DNA of 64,000 nucleotides. Origin: an uncultured Solirubrobacteraceae bacterium (GTDB lineage Bacteria > Actinomycetota > Thermoleophilia > Solirubrobacterales > Solirubrobacteraceae). Numbering within the stretch: position 1 is the first letter of the stretch; every line of letters starts with the position of its first letter. Location: NCBI GenBank assembly GCA_964588985.1, contig CAZPQW010000011.1, positions 1 to 64,000 on the forward strand, in the 5' to 3' direction. The notes beneath the pieces are model-generated. The model searched no databases and was not told where the DNA came from. It was given only the letters and a program-made list of their open reading frames with translations. This document shows positions 37,663 through 48,316 of the stretch, one piece after another. Made by a program: the position numbers and the translations under genes.

Positions 37663-38415
37663 ATGGCTGCAGGCACACTCAAGCTCTACTCGCTCCCCGG
37701 CTCGCACCCGTGCGCGGCGGTCGAGGTCGCGCTGAAGCTGAAGTCGATCCCCTACAAGCGGGTCGATCTGCTCCCCCTATCGCAGGTTCTAGCCGGCCCT
37801 CTGCTGTACGGCGGCACGACCGTTCCCGGCATCCGCGGCGGCGGAGAGCGGCTGGTCGGCTCGCGCGCGATCATGCGCCGACTCGACGAGCTAGCCGCCG
37901 AGCCGGCGCTGCTGCCCCCACCCGGCGACCCCGCCTACGCGCGCGTGCTGGAGATCGAGCGCTGGGGCGACGAGGTCCTGCAGAGCGTGCCGCGGCGACT
38001 GATCGACGCTGCGTTCATCCGCCGCCCCGACACGATGGAGAGCTATGTGGGAGACGCGAAGCTTCCGCTTCCGCGCCCGCTGCTGCGACCCGCGATGCCG
38101 CTCACCGCACGGCTGATGGCGGTCAAGAACAAGGCCCGCGACGAGAACGCTCGCGCGGACATGGCGGCGCTCCCCGGCCAGTTCGACAGGATCGACGCGT
38201 GGATCTCAGACGGGCTGCTCGGCGGCGAGCGCCCGAACGCCGCGGACCTGCAGATCGGCAGCGCGATTCGGCTGATGATGAGCATCGGCGACGTCCGACC
38301 GCTGATCGAGGGACGCCCGTGCGAGGCGCTCGCACGCTACTTCCCCCCGCTGGCGGGCGCAATCCCCGCGGGCGTGCTGCCAGCCGCGTGGCTGCCCACC
38401 CCCACGGCTCCTTAG
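37663..38415 (+). CDS. Glutathione S-transferase family protein
   Basis: SHPC, TVPG..GSRAIMR.LD and PNAADLQI. Confidence 0.85.
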   Translation: MAAGTLKLYSLPGSHPCAAVEVALKLKSIPYKRVDLLPLSQVLAGPLLYGGTTVPGIRGGGERLVGSRAIMRRLDELAAEPALLPPPGDPAYARVLEIERWGDEVLQSVPRRLIDAAFIRRPDTMESYVGDAKLPLPRPLLRPAMPLTARLMAVKNKARDENARADMAALPGQFDRIDAWISDGLLGGERPNAADLQIGSAIRLMMSIGDVRPLIEGRPCEALARYFPPLAGAIPAGVLPAAWLPTPTAP

Positions 38416-38445
38416 AACTTCGGCGCTACAGTCGCGGTGCGACTC

Positions 38446-39018
38446 ATGCGCACCCTCGATCCGCAGGACCTCAGCCAACACGTGGACCGGCTCTACCGCG
38501 CCGCGTGGGCGCTGTGCGGCTCGCGCGAGGACGCTGAGGACCTCGTTCAGGAGACGTTCGCACGCGTTCTGTCGCGTCCGCGGGTGCTCACCGGAGACGA
38601 CGATCTCTACTACCTGATGCGCGTGCTGCGCAACACGTTCCTCACGGGACTTCGCACCGCGTCGCGGCGTCCGGTGACGGTCGCCACGCTGGAAGACGTG
38701 GTGGCGGCGGACCCCCGGCCGATGGGGCGCCCCGCCGAGGCGCTCGAGGTCCAGGAGCTGTATGCGACGATCGCGACGCTCCCGGAAGACTTCCGCCTCG
38801 CCCTCGTCGCGGTGGACGTGCTCGGCCTCTCCTACCGCGAGGCTGCCCGCGCCCTGCGCGTGCGCGAGGCGACGCTCACCACGCGGCTGTTCCGAGCTCG
38901 CAAGCAGGTCGTCAAGCGCCTCACACCCGACCCATCACCCTCGCCTGCATCCTCATCGGTCAGCAGACGGGAAGAGAGGAACGCCGGCGGAGTCTTGTCC
39001 GGTGAAGGAGCGCAATGA
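38446..39018 (+). CDS. ECF RNA polymerase sigma factor
   Basis: DAEDLVQETF, GLSYREAA and TRLFRAR. Confidence 0.93.
   Translation: MRTLDPQDLSQHVDRLYRAAWALCGSREDAEDLVQETFARVLSRPRVLTGDDDLYYLMRVLRNTFLTGLRTASRRPVTVATLEDVVAADPRPMGRPAEALEVQELYATIATLPEDFRLALVAVDVLGLSYREAARALRVREATLTTRLFRARKQVVKRLTPDPSPSPASSSVSRREERNAGGVLSGEGAQ
38966..38996 (+). promoter_or_regulatory. ECF promoter motif copy 1 (inside the sigma gene 3' end, upstream of the anti-sigma gene)
   Basis: GACGGGAAG-N7-CGCCGGCGG-A-GTCTT, near-identical to the copy at 39709. Confidence 0.68.
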
Positions 39019-39704
39019 GCGAGCGACGCCAAAATCCCGAAGCCGACCTGATCGAGCGCCTGCGCACGATCGATGTCCGTGCGCCCGAGGAGCTTCATCG
39101 CCGTGTGCAGACACTCGTCGCCGAGCACACGTCGGGATCGCGCGTGCGAGGCGGAGTCGGCGGACGCACCCGTCGGCCTCTGCTGCTCGGCGGCGCCGGT
39201 ACCGCCGTAGCGGCTGCCACCGTGGTCCTCGTTCTCGCGCTCACAGGCGGAGACTCGTCGAAGCTGAACGTGCACGAGGTGTCCGCGCGAACGCTGCTGG
39301 CCGCAACGACCGCCGCCCCTCGCGAGAGCCTCCGCGAACGCGGCGCGCTGACGGAGAACGTCGACGGCGTGGCCTTCCCCTACTGGAAAGAGCGCTTCGG
39401 CTGGCGCGCAAGCGGCGCGCGCAGCGACACGCTCGACGGCCGAACCGTGAGGACTGTGTTCTACACCGACGCGAGCGGGAAGCGCATCGGCTACGCGATC
39501 GTGTCCGGCACGCCGGCGCCCGCCGCGAAGGGCGGCGCGGTCGTGTGGCGTCACGGCGCGCCCTACCGGCTGTTGAGCGAACACGGCGTGACGAGCGTCG
39601 TATGGCTGCGCTCGGGGCGCCTGTGCGTGGTCGCAGGGCGTGGCGTGTCGAGCTCCACGCTCCTGGCGCTCGCCAGCTGGCGTGAGCGCGGCAGCGCTGC
39701 CTGA
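39015..39704 (+). CDS. Putative transmembrane anti-sigma factor
   Basis: Coupled to the ECF gene; APEELH.RV, a single TM and an extracytoplasmic domain. Confidence 0.8.
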   Translation: MSERRQNPEADLIERLRTIDVRAPEELHRRVQTLVAEHTSGSRVRGGVGGRTRRPLLLGGAGTAVAAATVVLVLALTGGDSSKLNVHEVSARTLLAATTAAPRESLRERGALTENVDGVAFPYWKERFGWRASGARSDTLDGRTVRTVFYTDASGKRIGYAIVSGTPAPAAKGGAVVWRHGAPYRLLSEHGVTSVVWLRSGRLCVVAGRGVSSSTLLALASWRERGSAA

Positions 39705-39708
39705 AGAC

Positions 39709-39739
39709 GACGGGAAGGTTCCGCCGCCGGCGGTGTCTT
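39709..39739 (+). promoter_or_regulatory. ECF promoter motif copy 2 (upstream of the cupredoxin gene)
   Basis: GACGGGAAG-N7-CGCCGGCGG-T-GTCTT. Confidence 0.7.
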
Positions 39740-39795
39740 CACGGGCAGGCGGTCCCAGCACGCGGCCGAGAACCACCGACACCGAAGGAGCCCGG

Positions 39796-40137
39796 ATGAC
39801 CAGGAAGAGATTCATGTTGCCGGCAGCACTCGCGTTGGCGAGCGCGGCGCTGATTCCCGCGGCAGCTCTAGGTGGCGCGCGCGCAGCCGTCAGGCACACG
39901 GTGACGCTGAAGAACTTCCGCTTTCACCCTGGCAGCCTCACGATCAACCGCGGCGACACCGTGACGTGGGGGTGGCACGACGGAGAAACGGAACACAACG
40001 TGACCTTTCACGGCTTTCACTCGCACACGCAATCGAGCGGCACCTACACGGTGCGCTTCACCCGCGCGGGCACCTTCAACTACCACTGCACGATCCACGT
40101 CTCGGAAGGCATGAAGGGCAAGATCGTCGTTCGCTAG
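39796..40137 (+). CDS. Secreted plastocyanin/azurin-like cupredoxin
   Basis: Signal peptide; GDTVTW, HNV and YHCTIH..GMKG copper ligands; SD GAAGGAG. Confidence 0.9.
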   Translation: MTRKRFMLPAALALASAALIPAAALGGARAAVRHTVTLKNFRFHPGSLTINRGDTVTWGWHDGETEHNVTFHGFHSHTQSSGTYTVRFTRAGTFNYHCTIHVSEGMKGKIVVR

Positions 40138-40175
40138 GACTGGTGGGGACGCCGGGCGCAGTGCGCGCTGGGTCG

Positions 40176-40700
40176 TCAGCCGCCGGGCACGTCGAGCGGC
40201 GGACCGGCCCAGCGCACGCCCTCCTGGAGGGGGAGCGCGGCGAGCGCGTCGGCGAGCGAGCGCCCGTCGGGGGCGCGCAGCGCGAAGTCCAGCTCGAGTG
40301 CGGGGATCAGCACGAAGCGTCGGCTGAGCAGCTGCGTGTGCGGCAGTGTCATGCGCTCGTGGGAGATCTCGACGTCGCCGAGCAGCAGGATGTCGATGTC
40401 GATCGTGCGCGGCCCGTGACGGACGCCGCCCTCGCCGCGGCCGAGCTCCAGCTCCAGGCGCTTGACCGCGTCGAGCAGCTCCAGGGGCGGGAGCGCGGTG
40501 CGCACACGCAGGCACGCGTTGAGGAAGCTCGGCTGGTCGAGCACCTCCCCCACCGGGTCGGTGTCGTACACCGACGACGAAGCGAGCACCTCGACTCCCA
40601 CCGCCGCCAGCGCATCGACCGCGCCCTGCAGGTGCGCGCGACGGTCGCCCACGTTCGAGCCGAGTCCGAGCAGCCCGATGCGATCCTCTGGAGCGCTCAT
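40176..40700 (-). CDS. folK: 2-amino-4-hydroxy-6-hydroxymethyldihydropteridine diphosphokinase
   Basis: LGLGSNVGDR, FLNA, GPRTIDIDILL, LPH and RRFVLIP. Confidence 0.95.
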   Translation of the reverse strand: MSAPEDRIGLLGLGSNVGDRRAHLQGAVDALAAVGVEVLASSSVYDTDPVGEVLDQPSFLNACLRVRTALPPLELLDAVKRLELELGRGEGGVRHGPRTIDIDILLLGDVEISHERMTLPHTQLLSRRFVLIPALELDFALRAPDGRSLADALAALPLQEGVRWAGPPLDVPGG

Positions 40701-40713
40701 TCGCCCTCGCGAC

Positions 40714-41109
40714 TCAGGCGCGGGTGGTCTGAAGGCCGGCCTGAGCGACCTTCTCGCCCATCGCCTGCGCGAACGGCAACAGGCCCGAGATCGGACGCAG
40801 CATCACGGTGAAGTCCGCGATCAGGCCGCCCTCGTCGAATCGCAGCAGATCGATGCCCTCCAGCTCGCGGCCGTCGATCGCGGCGCGGAACACCAGTATG
40901 TGCGCCCCGTCGGTCTCGAGCTCGTCGGTGTAGCGAAAGTCCTCGAACGTCTGCGCGACGAGCCCGAGCAGCTTGGTAACGGTCTCCCGTCCGACGAACG
41001 GATGGAAGGTCGCGGGGCTGTGGAAGACGACGTCGGGGGCGAGCAGCTCGCTGGCGGCGTCAATGTCCATGCTCTCCACGGCGGCGCGGAAACGCGCTGC
41101 GGCGCTCAT
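40714..41109 (-). CDS. NTF2/SnoaL-like protein
   Basis: LAPDVVFHSP..PFVGR, FEDFRY and GIDL..FTVMLRP; ATGA overlap with mmpL. Confidence 0.85.
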   Translation of the reverse strand: MSAAARFRAAVESMDIDAASELLAPDVVFHSPATFHPFVGRETVTKLLGLVAQTFEDFRYTDELETDGAHILVFRAAIDGRELEGIDLLRFDEGGLIADFTVMLRPISGLLPFAQAMGEKVAQAGLQTTRA

Positions 41110-43253
41110 GCGGGCATCTCCCGCGGTGCGCCCTCGTGCAACCCGATGCGCGCATGCAGCCGGCGCAGCGGACGCGGCGCCCACCACGTGCGCTCGCCCA
41201 GGCGGCCCATCAGCGCGGGCACGAGCAGCGCGCGCACGACCGTCGCGTCGATCGCCACCGCGAGCGCCGCGCCGACGCCGAGCTGCTTGATGAAGAAGAT
41301 GTGCGACGTCACGAACGCGCCGATCGCGACGCACAGCAAGAGCGCGGCCGCCGTGATCAGCCGCCCGGTGCGCTCTAGTCCCTGAGCGACCGCGTCGCGG
41401 GTGGACAGCCCCATGTCGTGCGCCTCCTTGATCCTCGCGAACAGGAACACACCGTAGTCGGTCGACAGCGCGAACGCCACGACGAACAGGAGCACCAGGT
41501 TCGACTCCTCGAGGCCCCCGATCGGGCTGAATCCCATCAGCGAGGAGAGGTGGCCATCCTGGAATATCAGCACCAGCAGGCCGGCGCCGACGGCGACGGT
41601 CAGCGCGTTCATCACCAGCGCGAGCAGCGGCAGCACGAGCGAGCCGGTCATCAGGAAGATGATGCCGCCGGTGACGAGCGCGAGGATCACGAGCGCAGGA
41701 TCGACGTTCGCCGCGACCGCCGCCTTCTGGTCGACGAACCACGCCGTGGGGCCGCCCACGAGCAGCGTCGAGGAGGACGCGAGCGTGCGCAGCCTTCGGA
41801 TCAGCCGCTGGTTAACCGAGGAGCCATCCTGGCCCCTGGGGTTCAGTTCGAACTGCCACGTTTCGCGGCCGTAGTAACGGGGCGGCACGAGGCTCGCCTG
41901 CCCGGACGCGATCGCCTGCGCGCGCTGTGCCAACCCCGTGACCGTCTGGCGCGCGCCGGCCGGTGCGCGCACGACCAGCGTGATCGCCTGTGAGCCGTTC
42001 ACTGGGAAGTCGCGACCGAGTGTTTCGGCGACCTGGCGCGGCTGCGAGGAGCTCGGCAGCACGCGAGCGTCGGGCGGGGTGAGCTGTAGGCGCAGGGCTG
42101 GGAGCGAGATCGCGATCAGCGCGACCGCGGTGACGAGCGCGATCAGGCCCGGGCGACGCATCACGCCGCGCGCGAGCCGATACCAGGCGCCGCGCTCGGA
42201 CGGCTGCGCGATGTCCTGAGCGCTGCGCTGCATCCAGCGGGGCGCGAGCGAGTCGATGCGCGGACCGAGCGCCACGAGCACCGCCGGCAGCACCACGAGC
42301 GCAACCGCGCCGTCGGCCAGCGCCACGAGCCCGCCGCCCACGCCCATCGAGTAGAGGAATCGCAGCGGGAACACGAGCAGGCACGAGAGCGCGCCCGCGA
42401 CGGTCAGCGAGCTGTAGAGCACCGTGCGCCCGGCGGTCTCGAGCGTGCGCCTGATCGCAGTAGCGGTGTCTGCGCCGCGGGCGAGCTCTTCGCGGTAGCG
42501 CGAGAGCACGAACAGGCTGTAGTCGATGCCGAGGCCGAGGCCGATGCCGGTGACGAGGTTGACCGCGAAGATTGACAGGCCCGCGAACTGGTCGATCAGC
42601 CGCAGCAGCAGGAACGTGGCCACGATCGCGAAGCCGCCCACGAGCAGCGGCAGGACGGCGGCGATCAGGCCACGGAACACCCAAAGCGAGAGCAGCAGCA
42701 GGATCGGGAAGGCGAACGTCTCCGCGGCCCGCAGGTCCGAGCTGGTGCGTTCGTTGATTTCGCTGAACGCCACGTCGTTGCCGCCGAAGCTAACGCCGCT
42801 GCCAGCGAGCAGCGGGCGAACGTGTGCGACCGCGTCCTTCGAGCGTTCGCGATTCGTGAACGCCGCCAGCACGACCGTCTGTCGCCCGTCGCGCGAGACG
42901 AGCTCGGGCAGGTGGGTGCTCGGATAGTCGATCACGCGTTGGAAGCCTGGCTGCTTCGAAAGCAGCGCGGCCACCCGCGTCGTCTCAGCGGCGGCGGCTG
43001 GATCGCTGCGCACGTCGGCCCCGCTCGGCACAAGCGCCGCGACGCCGAATCCGGCGGACTGGCCTGTGGCTCGTTCGATCGCATGCAGCGCCTGCTGGTT
43101 CTGCGAGTGCGGGTCCTGGAAATCCGAGGATTCGCTCTTGAGGATCGAGACGACCGGGGCTCCCAGCGCGGCCGCCACCAGGAACAGGACGCCCGCGAGG
43201 ATCAGCACGCGGCGGGTGTGCCCGGTTGCGAGCGCCAGCAGCCGAGAGGTCAT
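41106..43253 (-). CDS. MMPL family (RND) transporter
   Basis: GLGIDYSLF..RYREE, LSTDYGVFL..RIKE and TGRLITAAA; many TMs. Confidence 0.93.
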   Translation of the reverse strand: MTSRLLALATGHTRRVLILAGVLFLVAAALGAPVVSILKSESSDFQDPHSQNQQALHAIERATGQSAGFGVAALVPSGADVRSDPAAAAETTRVAALLSKQPGFQRVIDYPSTHLPELVSRDGRQTVVLAAFTNRERSKDAVAHVRPLLAGSGVSFGGNDVAFSEINERTSSDLRAAETFAFPILLLLSLWVFRGLIAAVLPLLVGGFAIVATFLLLRLIDQFAGLSIFAVNLVTGIGLGLGIDYSLFVLSRYREELARGADTATAIRRTLETAGRTVLYSSLTVAGALSCLLVFPLRFLYSMGVGGGLVALADGAVALVVLPAVLVALGPRIDSLAPRWMQRSAQDIAQPSERGAWYRLARGVMRRPGLIALVTAVALIAISLPALRLQLTPPDARVLPSSSQPRQVAETLGRDFPVNGSQAITLVVRAPAGARQTVTGLAQRAQAIASGQASLVPPRYYGRETWQFELNPRGQDGSSVNQRLIRRLRTLASSSTLLVGGPTAWFVDQKAAVAANVDPALVILALVTGGIIFLMTGSLVLPLLALVMNALTVAVGAGLLVLIFQDGHLSSLMGFSPIGGLEESNLVLLFVVAFALSTDYGVFLFARIKEAHDMGLSTRDAVAQGLERTGRLITAAALLLCVAIGAFVTSHIFFIKQLGVGAALAVAIDATVVRALLVPALMGRLGERTWWAPRPLRRLHARIGLHEGAPREMPA

Positions 43254-43297
43254 CGTCCGCTCTCCTCCCTGTCGGTGTCGCGCAACCGCACTCCTAC

Positions 43298-43327
43298 ATT
43301 ATGAGTGACTGCTAACTAACTTGTCAA
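43298..43327 (-). promoter_or_regulatory. Near-consensus sigma70 promoter for mmpL, with an AT-rich imperfect palindrome (TetR-type operator candidate) in the spacer
   Basis: TTGACA-AGTTAGTTAGCAGTCACT-CATAAT on the minus strand (18-nt spacer). Confidence 0.65.
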
Positions 43328-43350
43328 GGGCAAGTTCAGCTAGATGGATC

Positions 43351-43800
43351 TCAATCGGACGCTTCGCGCCAGACCTCGACCGAGACCTCGTCCACCGGAA
43401 GCGCGATCGGCGGCTCCGGCTTGGCCGCCTTCACCCACACGCCCTCGAGGTCGTAGTCGGCGAGCAGCCGGTCGGCGATCGTGCTGCAGAGCCGCTCGAG
43501 CGTTTTGTGCGAGCGCTGCTGGGCGATCAGCGCGACGAGCTGGCAGACCTCGGCGTAGTCGACCGTGTCCTCGAGCGAGTCCGTTACGGTCGCGTCGGTC
43601 TCGCCGATGTCCAGACGCAGGTCGAGCACCAGGCGCTGGCCCACCTCGCGCTCGGCCTCGGTGACACCGTGGTGGGTGTACAGCGAAAGTCCGCTGATCT
43701 CGATCGTGACCGCCTCGGCGGCCTCTTCGCCCTCCTCTTCGAGACCTGCGTCGTCGTCTAGCTCGTCTGGGTCCTCGCCATGCCCCTCGTCGTCGGCCAC
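43351..43800 (-). CDS. folB: Dihydroneopterin aldolase
   Basis: HHGV..EREVGQ, DSLEDTVDY, TLERL and KPEPPI; acidic N-terminal extension. Confidence 0.92.
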   Translation of the reverse strand: MADDEGHGEDPDELDDDAGLEEEGEEAAEAVTIEISGLSLYTHHGVTEAEREVGQRLVLDLRLDIGETDATVTDSLEDTVDYAEVCQLVALIAQQRSHKTLERLCSTIADRLLADYDLEGVWVKAAKPEPPIALPVDEVSVEVWREASD

Positions 43801-44618
43801 GAGCCCAACGTAGCAGCCGCCACCGTCAGCGCGGCGCTCACCGGGCCGACGTCGTGCACGCGGAACAAGCTCGCCCCGCGCTCATACGCGAGCACGTTCG
43901 TCGCGATCGTCCCCGGTAGGCGCTCCTCCGGGGACACGGGCTCGCGCTCGCCCGCACCGTCGGCGATCAGCCGGCCGAGGAAGCTCTTGCGCGAGGTCCC
44001 CACGAGGAGTGGGCAACCGAGCGAAGTCAGCTCATCGAGGCGAGCGAGCAGCACGAGGTTGTGCTCGAGCGTCTTGCCGAAGCCGATGCCCGGGTCGAGC
44101 ACGATCCGCTGCTCGGGGATGCCGGCGCTCACCGCGAAGCTCAGACGCTCCTCGAGAAACGCCTTGACGTCGTCGACCACATCTTTGTATTGAGGCCCAC
44201 CCTCGCGCTGCATCGTGCGGGGCTCGCCGAGCATGTGCATCAGACAGCAGTCGACGCCGCTTTCGGCCACCACGCCGACCATCCCCGGATCGGCTCGCAG
44301 CGCGCTCACGTCGTTGACGATGCTCGCCCCCGCGGCGATCGCGGCTCGCGCCACCGCCGCCTTGGACGTGTCGATCGAGACCTGCGGAGGCGTGGAGATC
44401 CAATCGGTCGCGGCGATCCCCTCGAGCACCGGCAGCACCCTGCGCAGCTCCTCCTCACCCGAGACCGGCTCGGCTCCCGGCCGCGTCGACTCGCCACCCA
44501 CATCCAGGATGTCCGCGCCTTCTGCGACCAGCGTCAACGCGTGCGCGATCGCATCGCCCGCGTCGAGGTACTCCCCTCCGTCTGAGAACGAGTCGGGGGT
44601 CACGTTCACAACCCCCAT
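43758..44618 (-). CDS. folP: Dihydropteroate synthase
   Basis: MGVVNVTPDSFSDGG, DVGGESTRPG, LDPGIGFGK, SRKSFLG and RVHDV; start may lie slightly upstream. Confidence 0.95.
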   Translation of the reverse strand: MGVVNVTPDSFSDGGEYLDAGDAIAHALTLVAEGADILDVGGESTRPGAEPVSGEEELRRVLPVLEGIAATDWISTPPQVSIDTSKAAVARAAIAAGASIVNDVSALRADPGMVGVVAESGVDCCLMHMLGEPRTMQREGGPQYKDVVDDVKAFLEERLSFAVSAGIPEQRIVLDPGIGFGKTLEHNLVLLARLDELTSLGCPLLVGTSRKSFLGRLIADGAGEREPVSPEERLPGTIATNVLAYERGASLFRVHDVGPVSAALTVAAATLGSWPTTRGMARTQTS

Positions 44619-44637
44619 GATTCGGAACGGCGAGGCG

Positions 44638-46626
44638 TCAGGCAGGTTCTGGGCGCTCTTTGTCGCTGGCTCTGATCTCAGCCGTTCCACCCGCGAGCCC
44701 TGGCCTCGGAACCGGGCGCGGCACGGTCTCGCGCTCCGCGCGCTCAGCCGAGGCGGGCGGCGCGGGAAGCTCCGGCGTGGCGGCGTCTTCGATGCCGAAC
44801 ACCTCCTCCTCGCTCTTGCCCGCGAGCAGCGCCGCGAACTCCTCCTTCTCGATCGTCTCGCGTTTGACGAGGATCTCGGAGATGTTCTTCAGGTCGTGCT
44901 CGTGTTCGGAGAGGATGCTCGTCGCGCGCTGGTGGGCGGACTCGATGATGCGGCGAATCTCGTCGTCGATCTCGCGGGCGATCTCGTCGGAGTAGTCCGG
45001 TTCGCTGGAGAATTCGCGGCCGAGGAACGGCTGGCTGTGGTCGTGGCCGAACACGCGCGGCCCGAGCTTCTGGCTCATGCCGAAGCGCATCACCATCTGC
45101 TTCGCCGTGGCGGTGACCTTCTCGATGTCGTTGGAAGCTCCGGTGGTGATCTCGCCGAAGACGATTTCCTCGGCGGCGCGTCCGCCGAGCGTCATCGCCA
45201 TCGTGTCCTCGAGCTCGGCGCGCGTGGTCAGGAAACGGTCCTCCTGGGGCATCGAGATCGTGTAGCCGAGCGCCTGGCCACGTGAGATCACGGAGATCTT
45301 GTGCACCGGGTCAGCGTGCTCGAGGAAGTGGCCCACGAGCGCGTGGCCCATCTCGTGGTAGGCGGTGATGAGGCGCTCTTTCTCGCTCATCACGCGCGTC
45401 TTCTTCTCCGGGCCGGCGATCACGCGCATGATCCCCTCCTCCAGCTCGACCTGGCCGATCTCGCGCTTGCCGGTGCGCGCGGACAGCAGCGCCGCCTCGT
45501 TGATCAGGTTGGAGAGGTCAGCGCCGGTAAAGCCCGGGGTCTGTCCCGCGAGCGCGTCGATGTCGATGACCTTCGCGAGCGGCTTGCCGCGCGTGTGGAC
45601 CTCGAGGATCTTCGCGCGACCCTTGCGGTCGGGGCGGTCGACGGCGATCTGGCGGTCGAAGCGCCCGGGGCGCAGCAGCGCCGGGTCGAGGATGTCGGGC
45701 CGGTTGGTGGCCGCGATCATGATGATGTTGTCCTTCGCCTCGAAGCCGTCCATCTCGACGAGCAGCTGGTTGAGCGTCTGCTCGCGCTCGTCGTGACCGC
45801 CGCCCAGGCCCGCGCCGCGGTGGCGGCCGACGGCGTCGATCTCGTCCATGAAGATGATGCACGGGCTGTTCTGCTTGGCCTGCTCGAACAGATCGCGGAC
45901 GCGCGATGCGCCGACGCCGACGAACATCTCCACGAAGTCCGAGCCGGAGATCGAGAAGAACGGCACGCCCGCCTCGCCGGCGACCGCGCGCGCGAGCAGC
46001 GTCTTGCCCGTTCCCGGGGGGCCGTACAGCAGCACGCCGGTGGGGATCCGCGCACCGAGCGCCTGGAACTTCTTCGGGTTCTCCAGGAACTCCTTGATCT
46101 CGTGGAGCTCCTCCACCGCCTCGTCCACGCCGGCCACGTCGCGGAAGGTGATCTTCGGCGAGTCCGCGGACATGCGCTTGGCGCGCGACTTGCCGAACGA
46201 CATCACTTTCGAGCCGCCGCCCTGGACCTGGTTCATGATGAAAAGCCAGAACCCGAAGAACAGCAGGATCGGGACGATGTAGCCGAGCAGGCTCAGCAGC
46301 GCGTCGCTCTTTTCCGCTTCGATGTTGAACTTGACCCCGGGAACGCTTTCGAGCTTTTTGAGCAGTTCGGGCGTGGCCTGTTCGATGAAGCCGATTTCGT
46401 AGCTTTCCTTGTTCGCCTTGCTGTTGAGCTTGACTTCGAGCGCTTTGCCCTTGTTCTTCAGCAGGACCGATTCGACTTCGCCTTTGGGGATCTCCGTGGA
46501 GACCAGCGTCTGATAGCTGTGCGAATGCCGGTTGGACGAACTCGGCGTGAAGAATTTGACGGCGAGAAACGCCAACACCACGACGATGAGGATCGGAAAT
46601 GCGGCGCTCTTGAAGAAGCGGGTCAT
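44638..46626 (-). CDS. ftsH: ATP-dependent zinc metalloprotease FtsH
   Basis: Two TMs; [11 protein letters not shown] motif and HEMGH. Confidence 0.97.
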   Translation of the reverse strand: MTRFFKSAAFPILIVVVLAFLAVKFFTPSSSNRHSHSYQTLVSTEIPKGEVESVLLKNKGKALEVKLNSKANKESYEIGFIEQATPELLKKLESVPGVKFNIEAEKSDALLSLLGYIVPILLFFGFWLFIMNQVQGGGSKVMSFGKSRAKRMSADSPKITFRDVAGVDEAVEELHEIKEFLENPKKFQALGARIPTGVLLYGPPGTGKTLLARAVAGEAGVPFFSISGSDFVEMFVGVGASRVRDLFEQAKQNSPCIIFMDEIDAVGRHRGAGLGGGHDEREQTLNQLLVEMDGFEAKDNIIMIAATNRPDILDPALLRPGRFDRQIAVDRPDRKGRAKILEVHTRGKPLAKVIDIDALAGQTPGFTGADLSNLINEAALLSARTGKREIGQVELEEGIMRVIAGPEKKTRVMSEKERLITAYHEMGHALVGHFLEHADPVHKISVISRGQALGYTISMPQEDRFLTTRAELEDTMAMTLGGRAAEEIVFGEITTGASNDIEKVTATAKQMVMRFGMSQKLGPRVFGHDHSQPFLGREFSSEPDYSDEIAREIDDEIRRIIESAHQRATSILSEHEHDLKNISEILVKRETIEKEEFAALLAGKSEEEVFGIEDAATPELPAPPASAERAERETVPRPVPRPGLAGGTAEIRASDKERPEPA

Positions 46627-46747
46627 GGCGAGTTCCTGAGGGTCCTGGCACCGTCTGAGGTCGTGACCACCGCTCCCCAGCGTACCATGCAGGACCGGCC
46701 CTTCGGGCGGTTGCGCGGGACGCTCGAGACCCGAAGGCCGAGGCTCT

Positions 46748-47296
46748 CTAGCTGTCCAGCACCGCCACGTAGGGCAAGTTGCGGTGGCGCTCGGCGTAGT
46801 CGAGCCCATAGCCGACCACAAAGCGGTCGGGTATCTCAAAGCCCACGTAGCGAGTGGGCAGGTCGACCTTGCGCCGCTCGGGCTTTGTCAGAAGCGCGCA
46901 CACCTCGAGCGTGCGCGGGTTGCGCGAGCCGAGGTTGCGAAGCAGGTACTGCAGAGTCAACCCGGAGTCGACGATGTCCTCGACGATCAGCACGTCGCGG
47001 TCTTCTATCGACGCGTCGAGGTCCTTGAGGATGCGAACCACGCCGGAGGAGTCGGTGGCGGAGCCGTAGGAGGCGACCGCCATGAAGTCGACCTCGACGG
47101 GGATGTCGATGAAGCGCATGAGATCGCTCAGGAAGAACACCGCGCCCTTGAGCACGCCTACGAGCAGCAGCGGCCTGCCGGCATAGTCGCGAGAGATCTC
47201 CTCGCCAAGTTCCACCACCCTACGCTGCAGGTCCTCGGCGGTGACCAGCACCTCGCCCAGACCTGGCTCGACTGAGACGCGTGCGGGTGTGGCCAC
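46748..47296 (-). CDS. hpt: Hypoxanthine phosphoribosyltransferase
   Basis: [18 protein letters not shown] and FVVGYGLDY. Confidence 0.96.
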   Translation of the reverse strand: MATPARVSVEPGLGEVLVTAEDLQRRVVELGEEISRDYAGRPLLLVGVLKGAVFFLSDLMRFIDIPVEVDFMAVASYGSATDSSGVVRILKDLDASIEDRDVLIVEDIVDSGLTLQYLLRNLGSRNPRTLEVCALLTKPERRKVDLPTRYVGFEIPDRFVVGYGLDYAERHRNLPYVAVLDS

Positions 47297-47306
47297 GCGA
47301 GGGAGT

Positions 47307-48314
47307 CTAGTCCTCGTGCGGCGGCTGCTCGGCGGGGGAGCGCTCGGCGCGTGGCGGAAGCTTCACCATCGTGAGGACGCCGTCCTCGATGACGGCGCCG
47401 GCACGCCCCCCTACGTGCAGCTCCGCGCGGCCGCCGCGACGACCGAGCGCGATCAGCTCCTCGACGCGCTCGCCGGCCTGCGGTACGTACGTGCCCGCGG
47501 CCTCCTCGGCGAGGCGCACCACCACCAGTCGTGCCAGCGCGGCCGGCAGCTGGCTCAGCCGGAGGATCGCGATGCCCGCGCGCCCGGCGAGCTCGCCTGT
47601 GACGAGCTCGTCGAGCAGCTCGGTCTCCTCGCGCAACAGCGCGGCGGTGCGCAGCACGTTGGCCTCGGCGGCGGGGTGCACGGCGCGCAGGGCCGGCAGC
47701 AGCCCGTGCCTAACACGAGTGCGGGCATAGCGCTCGTCCGCGTTGCTCTCGTCCTCTCGCCAGCCGAGCCCCTGTGCTTCGCAGTAGGCGGCCGTCTGCT
47801 CGCGCGTGACCCCCAGCAACGGGCGGATCAGGCGCCCCTCGCTCGCGACCATCCCCTGCAACGCGCGCCGTCCGGGAGAGGCCGCCAGCCGGTAGAGGAT
47901 CGTCTCGACCTGGTCGCTGGCGGTGTGGCCCGTGGCGACGAGCGCATCGCGCCGTTGCGCCGACCGCGTCGCCGCGTCGTAGCGCAGCTCGCGCGCCCAC
48001 GCCTGCACGTTGCCGGCGGCTCCCGGCATACCCGGCGAGCCCGCGTCGCGCTCCGCGCGCACCACCTCCAGCTCGACGCCCAGCCGCTCGCACACCGCCG
48101 CGCAGTGACGCTCGTCCGCGTCCGCCTGCTCGCGCAGCCCGTAGTTGACATGCAGGGCGCTCACCCACTCCGGGCCAAGCAGCGCCACGGCCACGTCGAG
48201 CAGACAGGTCGAATCGCGCCCTCCGGAGAGCATCGCGAGGATCGGACGCCCGCCCGCCGCGCGCGCGAACAGCCCGCTCGCGCCGATCGTCTCGCGCACC
48301 TCCTCGACGATCAT
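47307..48314 (-). CDS. tilS: tRNA(Ile)-lysidine synthetase
   Basis: [29 protein letters not shown] and IRPLL. Confidence 0.94.
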   Translation of the reverse strand: MIVEEVRETIGASGLFARAAGGRPILAMLSGGRDSTCLLDVAVALLGPEWVSALHVNYGLREQADADERHCAAVCERLGVELEVVRAERDAGSPGMPGAAGNVQAWARELRYDAATRSAQRRDALVATGHTASDQVETILYRLAASPGRRALQGMVASEGRLIRPLLGVTREQTAAYCEAQGLGWREDESNADERYARTRVRHGLLPALRAVHPAAEANVLRTAALLREETELLDELVTGELAGRAGIAILRLSQLPAALARLVVVRLAEEAAGTYVPQAGERVEELIALGRRGGRAELHVGGRAGAVIEDGVLTMVKLPPRAERSPAEQPPHED

Positions 48315-48316
48315 CT

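Noticed and set aside
43758-43800. 43-nt folP/folB overlap suggesting a fusion or frameshift
   Set aside because: Both domains are complete and the overlap involves only low-complexity termini; no slippery site was seen.
46697-46739. Inverted repeat between hpt and ftsH
   Set aside because: Imperfect, with a long loop and no U-tract; cannot be assigned beyond a possible terminator.
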